Source: Piromyces finnis finn (Eukaryota > Fungi > Neocallimastigomycota). From it: 64,000 nucleotides of DNA. Positions 33,085-52,566 of this stretch are shown here, one piece after another (the first letter of the stretch is position 1; each line of letters begins with the position of its first letter). Both the position numbers and the translations under genes were made by a program. The stretch lies in NCBI GenBank assembly GCA_002104945.1, contig MCFH01000011.1, positions 310,001 through 374,000 on the forward strand. The letters run 5' to 3'. The notes below the pieces were generated by a model that saw only the letters and a program-made list of their open reading frames with translations, was not told the DNA's origin and searched no databases.

Positions 33085-34221
33085 TCATTTTGAATACTAA
33101 AAATGTAAAGCTTATTCCATTAAAAAATAATTGATCGCTTTATAGTTTTTTAATTTTAAATCTTTCATATGATTAAATAAGTTAAAGTTTCGATTTTAAA
33201 ACAAGGATTTTTTTTTAAATAAAATAATAAAGGTAATAAAAAAAATATGACCATTTAAAAATAATTTAAATAAATTATGAATAATAAACTAATAATAAAT
33301 AAAAACTTTGTTATTTAAAGATCAAAATATTTAATGAATATGGATAATTACAAAGGTATTGTACCTATAAAACTGGAACAAAACTTTTATAATTCATTAT
33401 ATACTTTGATCTTTAACAACTTTAAACCTTTTTTATTAATAAAAATAAATAATTTTAATAAATTATATTTGACCGGTAAATCTGTAGGATATTTGTTTTA
33501 TCTTTATTAATTATATTATTATTATCTTTATTTAAATTATTATAAATTATGATTTTCAATAAAAAAATCTTCAACAAATTTATTATTTTTTATTATAGGG
33601 AATTTCAAATTTTAAATATTTATATAATATATATTCAAATTAATTTTGAATATATTAATAATAAATTGTGAATTAAATAAATGGTTTTTTTAATAAATGT
33701 ATCAAATGTCATTACTTGATTAAGAAATAATTAAATTAATAGAATAGAAAAAAGTGCGGCATCTCCTTAATTATATACTATATATGGAATATTAAAGCAT
33801 TTACAAATTGGTAATTTATAATGGAATATATTAAACTACATAAAATAATATATAATACTCATTATTAGTTTTTAATAATATAAAAATTTAATAATAAAGT
33901 TTTGCCCAAAAGTAGATAAAATTAGTTATGCATTTATATGTATTTATTACATTTTTTTTAGTAAATAATGTAATGTAATTAATGATTTTTAAAATTGTAA
34001 TATTTTAATTAATGAAAGATTAATTAATGAAATATCCATTGTTGCGATTTTTATTAAAAAAATTATAGTTAATTAAATGAATAAATAAATAATAATAATA
34101 AATTAAATAATAATAATAATTAAATGAATAGATATAATTAATAAATTATTATTATTATTTAATTTATTATTATTATTATTATTATTCAAAGATTTATATG
34201 CGTTATTTGAATGAATGTTAT

Positions 34222-37409
<3,188 letters not shown>

Positions 37410-38033
37410 GATGAACTTGAAATCTTTTTATATTTTAGGTATTGATATTATTTTTATTTTTAAAAATTTATAGGATAGTAGGGTATATATATATATATTT
37501 AAAAAAAACCAATTATAATAAAGAATAAAATAATAAATCCATAGTATAATCTAATATATAAATAATAGTTTTATTATTTCAAGTTTTAAAATTATAAATT
37601 ATATATATATATTATATATTTTCAATTTAATGAAATTAATAATAATAAGATTTCTATTCTCTTTATACCATTTATTTTTTAAACTATAAATTTAATTATT
37701 ATAATTCAACTGGATTTTCAAATAAAAAATATAGTTTAAAAATTTTGGTGTAACAATTCATTCAATAAAAATTAATTTTTAAACTCAGCTCATGATACTT
37801 TAAAAAAAAATTTTTTTAAAAATAATGGTAATACAAAAAAAAAATTAGTTTTTTATTATTTTTATTCAATAATGAAATGATGAAGAATTGACTTAAAATA
37901 TATATATATCATTGTACCATAAATGATATCATTATTTTAATAGTACATAATTTACATAATAATATATATTTATATAAAAGGTAAATAGGGATGGAAATTT
38001 TTATTTATATTTACATAATGACTATTTATCGGA

Positions 38034-39272
38034 TTAAAAATCAATATCATCAAGATCAAAGATGAGCTCATTTGCTTTCAAAGTAATTTCTGGTTCAGTC
38101 ATTTTTGTTTTATTAGTAGATGTTGTTATTGTTTCTGTCGCACTTTCAGTGATTAAATCTTCTTCTGTAAGTTCAATAACTTTATTTTCTTTTTTTGGTG
38201 GATTTATAGCATCTCTTAACCATTGTGGCATTTCATCCTTCTAAATTTCATATATATATATATTTGAAATATTTATTATTATATTATTATCGTTTTTTTT
38301 TATAAAAGATAAATTAAAAAAAATTAATGCTATATTATTTCTATGACTTTAAAATATATATTAAAAATAATTACTTGTTTATTTTTTGGTTCTTTTTCTT
38401 GTTTTGTAAGTAATTCATCTAATTTATTTACAAAATTTTCTGTTAAGAAAATCTTTTCATTAAAGTCAAATAAATCTGTATTGGTTTCACCATCCTTATA
38501 TATATAATCTTCTAATGGTGTTTTAGATTTTTCATTATGCTCTTTTTTATCTTCAGAGGAATTAATTAATTTTGGCCTTATTTCAAAGATATTATTCGAC
38601 CACCATTCTGATTTCATTTTTGGAAGTAAACATTTGATGGCTTTTACAGTTCGGGTAATTCCTGGTTTAGTTTTTTCTTTTTCTTCTTCTATTATTTCAC
38701 GATCATCTGGTATATCAATAACCATAAATCCACATTCATTTATGTTAACTGGTGAAGCTAATTTTATTAAATATTGATATAATTGATTATCTTTTTGAGA
38801 TTTAGCTTCAAGATAAAACTATTATTAATTTAAAAAAAATAATATATTAATTTAAATTTGTTAATTATTTATTTTATTTTATTTATTTTATATATATTAA
38901 AAAAAAAAAAAGAATTGTTACACATTATACTTACTGTATTTCCCAAGAATTTATTTTCAATTGTAGAAAGACTTACGTCTGGGATATAAAGTAAGATTTC
39001 TAATTGTTCCATAGTTTGATGAATTTTAGAATAAGGTATTTTGGCGTTTTCATACATTACAATAGCATAATCTGTTATTTTTTTAATTATTTCTTCTTCT
39101 TTTTCTTCTTTCTTTTCATTTTTACCTTCTTGAGTTTCTTCAGTAGTTTTCTTGTAGAGATTATCTTCAGTTTCAAGTAGTTTTCCATTCTCATCCATAA
39201 CTTCAATTGGAATATTTTCATCATTAGAGGTCTTTATAAAAAAATTAAATCAATATTTATTATTTTAGTAAT

Positions 39273-39362
<90 letters not shown>

Positions 39363-41484
39363 GTAGTAGTAGTAGTAGTATAAAGGTAGTGAAGTATATT
39401 CGAAAAATTCCTTTTTTTTTTTTTTATGTTTCTTTATTACATTACCTCAACTAATACTTCTTTTTGTGGTACAACTGGTAAATTCAAAACAAGATTTCTA
39501 TTTTTTTTATCGAATGTTGCAGTACCTTCATCTTCAATAATCTCATAAGGTAATTTTATGTAAGTTCATTGTAGCAATAATGGAAATGAAAAAATTATAT
39601 ATATATATATATTATTTTATCACAAAAAATAGAATAAAAAAAGTTAAGGTATTATCATTATTATATAAAAATAAAAAACTTTTTTTTTTTTTTTGAGTGC
39701 ATTATTATTATAAAAAGGATATATTTAATTTATATTTATCTTTCACAATTAAATCAAGGGTATTTTCGGTAATTTCTAAATCTGCTTCTGATTGACTAAT
39801 CATTTTTGGTAATTCAATTGTAATAAGAAGAGATGATGGTCGACTATTATTAGCATATTGACGATTATTTACATAATTACTGATTTGAATTTCACCACGA
39901 TGAACAATTTTATATTTAGGTGTTTCTATTAAATTGGAATATTCAACTTCACCATCAATTTCTTCAATTAACGGTTTCTTTTTATTTTCAGATGATGCTT
40001 TATTGATGACCTTGTTATCTGTAGTTGATTTTGAAGATTTTGTTGAATTATTACTGGCTGCTGCTTTATTTTTATTTTCATTATAGAGTCTTTCAATAAA
40101 TTCCTTAGATGTTTCCTCTTTTTGTTCAGTACCCGATTTTTCTCTAATAACAGTGGCTTGTGGAGTACCTTTACATTTCATTTTTGGGATTTTATATTCT
40201 TTTTTTATTAATAGGTTTATTTATTTGTTTTTTCATTATGATAGCATACATGAAAAATATATATTAATATAAAGTTATAAATTATATAAACAATAAAAAC
40301 ATTCTTATTTTTTATATTACTCTTTTCTAGTTTAACATTAAATTGGCGTTCAACCCCTTCGATAGCTGTTGTAATAATTAATTCTTTAAAACGATAATTA
40401 GAAGCCAATCTAATAGTATTTGGACTGAAAATACAATCGTACACAACACAATCATTATTTGCTATATAATATAAATTTATATATATTACACAAAGGTTAA
40501 AAAATGATCCTGAAATTAAAATCAAACGAATACTATTATTATTAGTCATTTTTATGTACCTTTATCTTTATCATTTCTACCATAGGTTAAACTATATGGA
40601 ATAGACCAACTTTGACCTCTAGAATTATTTTTAGTAACATTACTTTTTTGAAGGAGAGCATCCTTGATTTCTGAAGATTGACAAATATTAATAAATACTT
40701 TTAATCCTGGTTTTATATCAATACTTGATATTGAATTGGTTTGATCGATTGTTTTTTGACGCTGTGGAGATTGAATTAATGGTGTTTTTACTTGATTTTT
40801 ATCATATTTGGTTTTAACAACAAATTGACCTTCCGGTTTTACCCAACGAATATTATTTCCTCTTTCTTTTTCTAATAAAGCTATTTCTTCTTCATATTTC
40901 TTTTTTTTTTTTTTTTTTTAATTTTTAAATATATTTATATTTAATTATATTTAATAAATAAAAAACATATAAAATTATGTATATTGATATTTTGAAATAA
41001 CATTAATAATTTAGTTTAATCAGTATTAAATTATAATGATAATAATAATTATAAATTTTTGAATAATAAATACTTGTCTATTTTGTGGATCTGAAATTTC
41101 ATCTAAATAATCAAAGAATAACTTTTTAAATTCATCTTTTTTCATTGCTTCTTTAAATTTATTAAGTTCCTAAATTATATATCGATAACGATGTTCAATA
41201 GAGACAAATGTCATTTAGTATTTGTATTATTAATTTGATTATTACTATCAAAATAAGATAACGTTTTAATTTAAAATTTCTTTCTTTTTTTTTTTTTTTT
41301 TTTTAATTGTTTTGAAATTTCAAAATTAATTTTTAAAATCTAAATTTTAATAATTTAAATATATAATAATTTCAATGGTATTATCTCATTCACATATTAC
41401 ATATAATATTGTTCTTGTTAATTATTTTTTTTAAGAAATGAAATTTACTTCTCTTGTAATTTTAAAATCATCACTACCCATCAT
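38034..41484 (-). CDS. DNAAF2: Kintoun / dynein axonemal assembly factor 2 (PF13), PIH1 plus CS domains, multi-exon
   Basis: Spliced N-terminus MMGSDDFKITRE-ELNKFKEAMKKDEFKKLFFDYLDEISDPQNRQ-KYEEEIALLEKERGNNIRWVKPEGQFVVKT matches the kintoun pattern. Also YDCIFSPNTIRLA...FKELIITTAIEGVERQF, PKYKIVHRGEI and LLITIELPK (PIH1_CS). Ends ...IFDLDDIDF. Confidence 0.88.
39277..39380. repeat. Compound (AAT)n-(AGT)n microsatellite in a DNAAF2 intron
   Basis: About 28 AAT units followed by about 6 AGT units. Confidence 0.93.
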
Positions 41485-41656
41485 TTTGGTGAAACTGTAA
41501 TTTGGTATAAGAAAAAAATGTACAGGTGAAGCTTTTTTATTTCTTTTTACTTTAGGTAATGAATGAATATTAACTTTTTATTTTCTCTTGTTAACTTTGC
41601 TGTTTTATTATAAAAATTTTTTTATTTGAGAACTTTATTTTTTTATAAATTGAAGA

Positions 41657-41972
<316 letters not shown>

Positions 41973-42937
41973 TAATTTATCCAATATTAAAAAATTTAAT
42001 TTGTTCAAGATAAAAATTTTATTTCTTATATTTATAAAAATCAAAAATTAATAAATTAAATAAACTTTAATTTTGTGTAATTTAAAATTTAAATAAAAAA
42101 AAAAAAAAAAAGAATAAGATATAATAAAAGTAAAAAAAAAAAAGTAAATAACATTATTATATTATTTTTTTCTATACACATTCATTATATAACAAAAAAG
42201 AAAATAAAAATAAATATTTATTAAATATATGAAAATATTAAGGAATATTATAAAGTTGAGCATATATTTATAAAATATTTTAATTATTTTTTTTTCATAT
42301 CTATTTTTCAATTACATATTTCAATCTCCGAAGGTTAAACCATATGTAATATTGCTCTTTAAAAAAATAAAATAAAATAAAATAAAATAAATAATAATAA
42401 CAATTAGTCTATGTTGTACAATTTTTTTAAATACTATTTATAATAACATTTTCAATTTTAACTTTTTTATGCATTTTATTTGACTGTTATTATTATTTTG
42501 TGGCCTTTACTTTTTTTTATCAACGGCTAATATATTAAGAATTATATATTTTTTTTTATTATTTTATTTTTATTTATTTAAGCTTAATTTTTTTTTTTAT
42601 TTTTTTTTTTCGCTATTTTATATATAGATATTTGCATCAAAAATGTATTAAAAAAAACATTATAATTAATTTATTATTATATTTATACGAATAGATATTT
42701 TACTATTTTACATATGCTAAATGTTTTAAAAATAATGATAAAAATTATTTTATTATTATTTTCATTACCAATTAGTTTATATATAAGTTATTTATTAATA
42801 CTTAATTATTTATTTTTTAAATCGAATGCAACCATTGTAGAATTATTAATTATTTTTTTTTTTTTTTAAAAAAAAAAAAATAAATAAACTATCTTGTTTT
42901 TTTGTAGTAAAGTATATTTATAAATTATGAAATGGCT

Positions 42938-45008
42938 TTATAGAAAGTATTCTGGAATTTCCTATAAAATAATTTAAAGAAAGAAACATTAGAAATTATT
43001 ATACATACATATCATTAGTTATAATAGGCTAATTTAAATTTCTATTAATTTGTCATTTATTATTCAGAAATTATATAAAATTTTTCTATGTATATTATTA
43101 TCATTATTTGAAGAAGAAGAAAGAGTCAATATTTTAACTTACTTTTTCTTTATTAAGAATTTCAGAATTATCACCTATATCTTCAATATCATTCATTTCT
43201 TTATGCATAATATTTTCAGTGGCATCTTGTAAAAGATCATCAATACGACGTGAATCTCTATTATCAAATTCTGTATTTGGTTTTTCTCTTTCATTATCTG
43301 GACATTCAGAAAAGACGTTGAAAAAACGTTCTAAATTTGGACCAATTTCTAGTATACTTGCTTTATTACCACATCTATAACAATAATTTGGTGCTGACCA
43401 TACAGTGGAAAGCATATCATCATATAAAATCTAGAATTTAAAAAATTATTGAAATAATATAATCACATTAAATTATATTATTTTTTATTTATTTATTTAT
43501 TGAATGAAAGATGAGTTCAAAAAATATTATTAATAATTTCAATTAATAAATAAAATCAATTAATATACATATTTTAATTTGATAACTATATATTTATTTA
43601 TATATTTATTTATACATCTCTTTCATTTTATTTACCTGATATCCTTCCATACAAAGTTGGTGTGCACGACAAATATGCCCTAGCCCATTAATTTCTAAAA
43701 ACTTTCTTGTAATTTCTCGTCCAAAAACGTATCCAGCACCACGAGGAGAAATTAAAAAGTCACTACGATCTAAATCACTTGAAAATGATGATGAGTTAGG
43801 TAGAGGATCTGACCATACTAAATCAGTCATTGGACCTTCATGAGGTATTTCTAAATAATAGTTCAATAATGGATAAAAAGTTGTCATAATTCATCATATT
43901 AGATTTATTATTAAAGTTTATATAGAATAAATATCCATATTCAATATATTTTTATATGGCATTGTAAATCCAAAATTAAAATGATTACTTTTTTTTATGC
44001 ATACCTTTAAATCTATCAATCATTTTTATTTGATCTATAGTATGAATTGATGGACTTAATCCACCATGAACACAGAAAATAGAATTATTAATGATTACAC
44101 CCAAACCAAGAAAATCAAACATATCTGTGAAATATTTCCATACATTGGAATTACCATATTTTCTAAAACATTCAGTGTAAAATCCGTATGTCTTTTGTAT
44201 AATATTATATAATAATCATCATTATTGAATTATATAAAAATTATGTATAAAAAATAATTATTTTATACTTAATATTTTTATAAAATAACAAAAATTCCCT
44301 TAAACAATATTCTTAATTTTTATTACCTGAGTAATACTTCTAGATTCGTGATTACCTCGAATTAATTGAATGCGATTTGGGTATCTTAATTTTAAACATG
44401 TAAGTAAAGCTATGGTTTCAACTGAATAATAACCTCTATCAACATAATCACCTTTTTTTTTTTTTTTTTTTTTTTTTTGTTTTTGTTTTTGTTTTTGTTT
44501 TTGTTTTTGTTTAAAATTCCATTATGTTTATATTATTTATTTTCGTAATTGAATTATATGTTGGATAAATTAATATATATTTTTTAAAAGAAAATAAATT
44601 TAAATTAATTCTTGATAAAATAAAGAAATAAATATTTAATTACATTTATATAAATTACCTAAAAATACATAGTTTGTGTCTGGACAATATCCTCCAATTT
44701 TAAAGATTTCCAATACATCAAAGAATTGACTAAAATAAATAACAATTATAATAAAATTCTTTAATTAAAATTTTGTTTTTGGATAATTATTTTGAATTGA
44801 CTATTATTACTACTGTTACTATTATTATTTAATTATTTTTGAATTACCCATGAACATCCCCAACTACTGTAACCGGAGCTTGAATATATTGTATATTTCC
44901 TTCACGACATAGTAATTCTTTTGCTTTATCACAAATTTCTTTAATAGAATCTTCTGGAGGTAATTGTCTATTATATAGCATAGATATGAATTTATCTAAA
45001 TCAAACAT
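42938..45008 (-). CDS. PPG1: PP2A-related Ser/Thr protein phosphatase, fungal Ppg1 type, multi-exon
   Basis: [16 protein letters not shown]..., [92 protein letters not shown] 24-nt terminal exon (42961-42938) gives EIPEYFL*. The insertion after WSDP and the KASILE/FNVF segment favour Ppg1 over PP2Ac, PP4 or PP6. Confidence 0.85.
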
Positions 45009-45566
45009 TTTTATTATTATTATTTATTTTTTAACAGACGAATGGTTGAATTAGCAAAAATTAAATTAAACAATTATTGATTCAAAAATAATTATTGAAG
45101 TAATAAAATTTATGTTCAAATTTGATTTATAAATAATTGTTGAAATGGTTTTGAAATTCTAATAATACAATTTTAATAAAAAAAGAATAATTGTATCAAT
45201 ATGTTTCTTTATTGTTTATATATTTATAGCGTTATGTTTTTATTATTATTAAAAACGAGATTATTTTTTATTTTTCATTATAATATACATATATTTAAGA
45301 AATTTAATTTATGAAATTATAATGTTTAATGAAATTTAATTTTTCTTGTCTTTTCCTTCTTTCTTTTAATATTTATAAAAAGTGAATTTTATGGTTATTA
45401 CGAAAATTGTATGCTATAAAAGACAAAATTATTGTAAATATCGTATTTTAGGTTTTAAATATTTTCATGTAAATTTTGAAATTTGAAATTTCAATAATTT
45501 ATTTTTAAATTTAAAATTTGGTATAATATTAATATATTTTGCATGTATGTAATAAAAACTTGTTAA

Positions 45567-45597
<31 letters not shown>

Positions 45598-45895
45598 GAT
45601 TATTTATATATAACTGAAGAAAAATAAAAATATTGTTTGGATTTTTAGTGAAATAAAGAATATTGTATTATATCATTTGTTTTGTTTATTTATACATTTG
45701 ATTTAGTTTTATATTAATATAATAAAAAAAATTATTTATTTATTAGTTAGTTTATTATTTAGTTTATAAACTTTTATTTATTAAATATTAAATTAATGAA
45801 TATAAATTAACAAACATTTTAATTATTTATTTAAATTTATTCTCTTCATTACTTTTATTTTAGTCTTTCTTTGCTCCTTTTATTATGGCTATTGC

Positions 45896-45896
<1 letters not shown>

Positions 45897-45968
<72 letters not shown>

Positions 45969-46016
45969 ATTATTATTATTGCTATTATTATAATTATAAT
46001 TATAATTATAATTATT
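45897..46016. repeat. (ATT)n / (TAATTA)n microsatellite, intergenic
   Basis: ATT repeats with GCT interruptions, grading into TAATTA hexamer repeats. Confidence 0.9.
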
Positions 46017-47822
46017 GCATATCAATTTTTTTTTTTTAATAAATAATTAAATAAATTAAAAAAATTTTTAGTTCATATTATTAATATTTAAAAATAATAT
46101 AATTAATTAAAATTTAAATAAATGTATGGCTCTTGAAGGAGAAAATTAAAAAATAAAATTTATTATTAATATTATAATTTTTTAAATCAAACCTACTCTC
46201 TAGGTAAGAATATATATTTAGCAAAGATATATTATGGATAATGTAAAATGAAATGAAAATAAATAAAAATATATATATATACAATTATTAATAGTCATAG
46301 AATCAATTTATTTATTAGTTTATTAATAATGTATATTTATTAATAATATATATTTTAATTATATAATATATAAATCTTTTTTTTTTATAAAAAAAATAAA
46401 AATAAAAATTAATAAAAGGGATCATCCATCAATTAAAACTTTCATAAATTATAGTTCAAATTAATTGTTCTACAACATTTTTAATATAATTTATTTGTAC
46501 GTATATTTTATATTTATCTACTCTTGATCGTAAATCTTCTTTCATTATTACAAAAAAAAACTTAATATTGTATAATCTAATAGATTCTACTATTATTATA
46601 TAATTCACTTCTATTTTATATGTTCATAATATTATTATTTATAACAACACATTTTCATTAAATATATTTCAAAAATTATTGAAATAGAAATGATGATTAT
46701 TTATATATCTTGGTCTTGATGCTTATATAGTAACTTCCTTTATCCATAAATGAAATTAATATTTTATATTCTATTCTATAGGATTTTTAATCCATGAAAT
46801 TATGATCATTTAGTAAACCTTTAAACTATTTTTTATAATATTTATTCTTATTATATATTTATTTTTTTTTTTTAAAGTTTTAGTTTCACTATTATTAGTT
46901 TCGTGATTCTATTTCCTATTTCTCTTTCCCTCTTTTTTTTCTTTATTTAAATGTTCTTTTTAATTATCTCTCCACTTTATTGTTTATCATCAAAGAAATA
47001 ATTGAACTTATCTTTTGAAATTTTAAAAAGATGCTGATTTCTTTTTATTTAATTTATATCTCAATATATTAGCGAAAATTAAAAATCAATAAAAATCAAA
47101 AATTATTAATTATTTTAGCCATATAAAAATAGTTAATCAATAATAAATATTATCAAAATATACACTATCATTTTATAAAGCCACATTAAACTAATATCAA
47201 ATTAATATTTGTCGGAAATGTCAAAATTTAAATATTGGGAATTTTACGGGAATTGCTATATAAGATTAGGAAAACCAAATATGATTGTTAGAGCATAATT
47301 AGTACTTTGTACCTATGAAAACAATGATTATAAAAAATTAAACACATTTAATAATAATAATTAGTATTATTATTATTCTTTCTTATTTAATACAAAATAA
47401 CTATATAATATCTATATTTTAATAGTTTTATATTTTTATTATGTTGTTCACTCATGATTATTCAATTTCATAATATAATATATTAATTTATATTAGATTA
47501 AATATAAAAAATCATAAATTTCATTTTAGTATTTTTTTAAAGGTAAAATTCTTATTAATATCAAAAAATTAATAAAATATACCAAAGCATCAAAAATAAA
47601 AATTTTAATTATTAATAAAAGTTTAAAATTTAGAAAAAAAAAAAAAAGTTCATTTTTTAAATATTTTTATTTTATCAACTTAATTCCTAAAAAAAAAAAA
47701 AAAAAATTGTAAAGATATAATGATTTCTAATTAAATAATAATAATATATAGAAATAAAAGTAATAGTAATAATAATTTATTTATTTATTTTATTATTTAT
47801 ATTCTAAAATCAGTAATTGAAA

Positions 47823-49744
<1,922 letters not shown>

Positions 49745-50262
49745 ATAAATAAAAAATCAGTGAAATAATAAAAATAAAAATTAAAAAGTATTATGTTTAT
49801 ATAAATAACTCAATACTAAAGAAATAATCACATAAAATTCAACAATATTCAACCAAAATGACAATAATAAATAATATATCCATAATTTCATAATTTTATT
49901 AAAAAATAAATATTTCATTATAATATATATAAACCAATAATGTAATTATTAAATAATTAGAAATCGCGATAAAATAAAAAGTATCTATTCATATATGTAA
50001 TAATTTATTTTGTCTATTAAATCTTATTTTACAAAAAAAAAAAAAAAAAAAAAAAAAGCAAATTAATTAAAATATATATATATATTAATAGTATAATTGT
50101 ATGCTTATATATATATAAATAATATTGTTTTAAAATTCTAACAATTTTATTTTTAAGAGGAATTATGATGATACAAGATATACTTTTATTTTAATATATG
50201 ATAATAATATTTATTAAAAATAAATTAATTATTGATACAAAAAATGAAGAAGGTTTTCAAAT

Positions 50263-51755
50263 TCATAAAGGTAATATTTCTTGGTATAATTGCAATTTTA
50301 TTGAGGGATTATTAATTGAGTATATAGATAATAATTCAGATGTTTTTACATCATCATTATCATCATGATCAATAGCTAAGTCCATATTATCTTCATCTTC
50401 ATCTTCATCCATTTTTTCTTTTTCACCATCTTTATAATGACCATCGCTAACTTTTTTCTCTTCTTTTCTTTGAATTGGTGTTAAATATTCATCTTCTGCT
50501 AAAACCCATGGAAATCTCTTTATGCATATATTGAAATATATAAAAACAAAATTAATATAATATTAAAAAATAATTTTGAATGCACTTTTTTTTTCTAATA
50601 AAAAAAAAAATAAAAAAATTAAGAAATTTTTAAATTACTGAATTTTCACTAGAATCTCCCGATTCACCATCTCCTTTTAGCTTTACCATATATTGAAATA
50701 ATAAATCATCTAATAATAATTTTATATTGAGTAAATAACTAATTAAACCCTTCATTAAAAAAATATTTAAGTATTATTTTAAATATGTGTATATATTACC
50801 ATCAACATCAGTAGTATCATCAAGATTTGAACATCCCCAAAGTTTTTTAATAGTGGTTCTAAATAAATGAGTTATTTCCACAAAATTTATTTCTTGATTA
50901 TAATTGCTGATATAAATATTAAGCATATCAAAAAATTTATTAAAATAAAAATAATTTAATATATATAAATATATATATATATAATAAAGAAATAAATGTT
51001 TTGATAAAAACTATATATACTTTTGAACTAAGTCTTTAACTGTGAATACAAATCGTTTCACTGGCTTATTTTGACTATTTATAATTAATATATATATATT
51101 TTCTATTAAGTCCTGTTTAAAAAAAAAAATACATTTAATATTTTAATTATATTTATGAAGAATTTCAAATTAGTCTTTTTAAATTTAACTATTTTTACTA
51201 ATAATATTTTACTTTTTCTAAATATTCTTTTAAAGATATTATAACATCATATATATATCCATTAAGTTGAGGATGACGAGACATCATTACAGGTGTTCCA
51301 TATTTTTCTCTCTTTTCGAAGAAATCTTTATATAAATAATATTTTTCACAAAGTATATATAAATTAGAAATTTTTAAAGAATAAAATGAATAAGCATAAA
51401 TAAATTTTTTTATATTCCATAGTGAATAGATACCCATAGGATAAACACCAACTAAATATAGTATTAAATGCGTTGAAACTTCCAAAAGTTCTCCAAAAAT
51501 ATCTTTTTTTTAAAAAAAAAAAAAAAAAAATATAAATATATATAATTTGGAGAAAATTAAATTTTGTCAAAATGTATTTAATATAAATGAAATTTCAAAA
51601 TCATTTTAATTGCATCAATTTATATAAGAAAAAATAATAAATAAATAAAAAGTTAATTTCTCATAAATTATGATAAACTACAAAATAGTTTAAATACCTA
51701 TAATTTTATGTTTATTTTCAGCAACAATTGATTTATCGGAATGATTATTGTTCAT
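50263..51755 (-). CDS. REV7: HORMA-domain protein REV7/MAD2L2 (DNA polymerase zeta accessory subunit), multi-exon
   Basis: MNNNHSDKSIVAENKHKII-DIFGELLEVSTHLILYLVGVYPM...FEKREKYGTPVMMSRHPQLNGYIYDVI...KRFVF...FPWVLAE. This matches the REV7 pattern LEVAVHLILY..VYP..IF.KRKKY..PV.MS.HP.LN.YI and FPW. Confidence 0.85.
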
Positions 51756-52566
51756 TTTTTTAATATGTTCTTTTAATAGATTAATTTCCAATAATTAAAA
51801 ATAGTATGAGAAAAAAAAAATAATAATTGCAATATTGTATATTTCCTTTTTTTTTTTTTTGGAATTTAATTAATTTTTTATTTTTTATGGTATATAAAGT
51901 AATAAAATACCTTTTGCTTAAAAATTAAAATTTCTTTAATGGAATGGTATATTCATTGATATATAATAAAAATTAAATATAAATAGCCAGATTTTAAAAA
52001 TTTATATAATAGATTTCATTTCTTCAAAATCGTTATACATTCAAGATGTATAATTTTTATGAACTAATAGACAAAAAAAAATTATAAATAAATAATAATA
52101 ATAATAGTAAAGAAAGAAATGAATAAATTGAAAATAAATCGGATAGAATAAAACAATTACTGAATAAGATCTTTTTGGTTATTAATTTAGTTATGCTAAG
52201 TACTAAATTTTTAAAATTTTAACACTAAATCAAGCCACAGAAACAATATATTTTTTTTCCTTAATAAAAATTTATGAAAAAATTATGAAAATAATAATGA
52301 TTCCTTTTTAATAAAATAAAGAAAAAAATTAAAATATTTATTTTAAAATTTTTAGATTTATATAATTAATAAAATATTATTTTTTTTTTATTTTTCTTAA
52401 ATATTATTTTCATTTTTGTTGAAAAAATTAAATAAAAAAAAGAAAAAAAATAAAAATCTATATTTCTATATATTGTTAAATATATTGTTAAATATTTTAT
52501 TATTGAAAAATAAATAGATTAAAAAATTTATAAACTAAATAGTATTAAATTAAAGAGTTAGAAAAC

